Source: Lepidodermella squamata
Taxonomy: Eukaryota; Animalia; Gastrotricha
DNA length: 64,000 nt
NCBI GenBank assembly: GCA_047495785.1
Contig: JBLDXI010000064.1
Span: 869,706 to 933,705, forward strand
Direction of reading: 5' to 3'
Shown here one piece after another: positions 63,984 through 64,000 of this stretch (its first letter is position 1; the number at the start of each line of letters is the position of its first letter). Made by a program: the position numbers and the translations under genes. The notes beneath the pieces were generated by a model. That model was not told where the DNA came from. It saw only the letters and a program-made list of their open reading frames with translations, and searched no databases.

Positions 63984-64000
63984 ACTCTCACGAGATGTGT
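63984..64000 (-). other. Untrimmed PacBio barcode/adapter sequence (bc1003-like) at the end of the window
   Basis: 63985-64000 CTCTCACGAGATGTGT is the reverse complement of ACACATCTCGTGAGAG, which I recall as PacBio barcode bc1003. The preceding A fits the T/A overhang ligation base. Identification is from memory and has not been searched. Confidence 0.85.

Noticed and set aside
63993-64000. AGATGTGT as the start of a Tn5 mosaic end
   Set aside because: Only 8 nt match, whereas the 16-17 nt PacBio barcode match explains the whole non-satellite tail.

Overview
Eukaryotic genomic DNA, probably from a compact invertebrate genome (introns mostly 49-65 nt, GC3-rich exons). The first ~12.4 kb holds four genes. 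(1) The 3' end of an ABCC/MRP transporter (+, <1-847). (2) A 7-exon minus-strand gene (2814-1888) that the ORF track does not recover, encoding a 173-aa secreted protein with 14 mature cysteines. (3) A 3-exon DUF1295 / steroid 5-alpha-reductase-like membrane protein (+, 4417-5886). (4) A 16-exon gene (+, 7214-11293) encoding a 701-aa secreted protein made of 13 tandem four-cysteine modules that I cannot assign to a known family. At 12498 the sequence switches abruptly to a very homogeneous 173-bp satellite (~212 monomers to 49113) with nested higher-order duplications and a variant gradient, a centromere-like architecture. At ~49101 the array folds back on itself: 49114-63982 is the reverse complement of ~34216-49089. 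That mirrored arm carries ~30 private 1-bp errors and ends in what I recognise from memory as an untrimmed PacBio bc1003 barcode (63985-64000). The 15-kb palindrome is therefore most likely a single fold-back read artefact rather than genome. The hundreds of ORFs called in 12.5-64 kb are spurious translations of the satellite.
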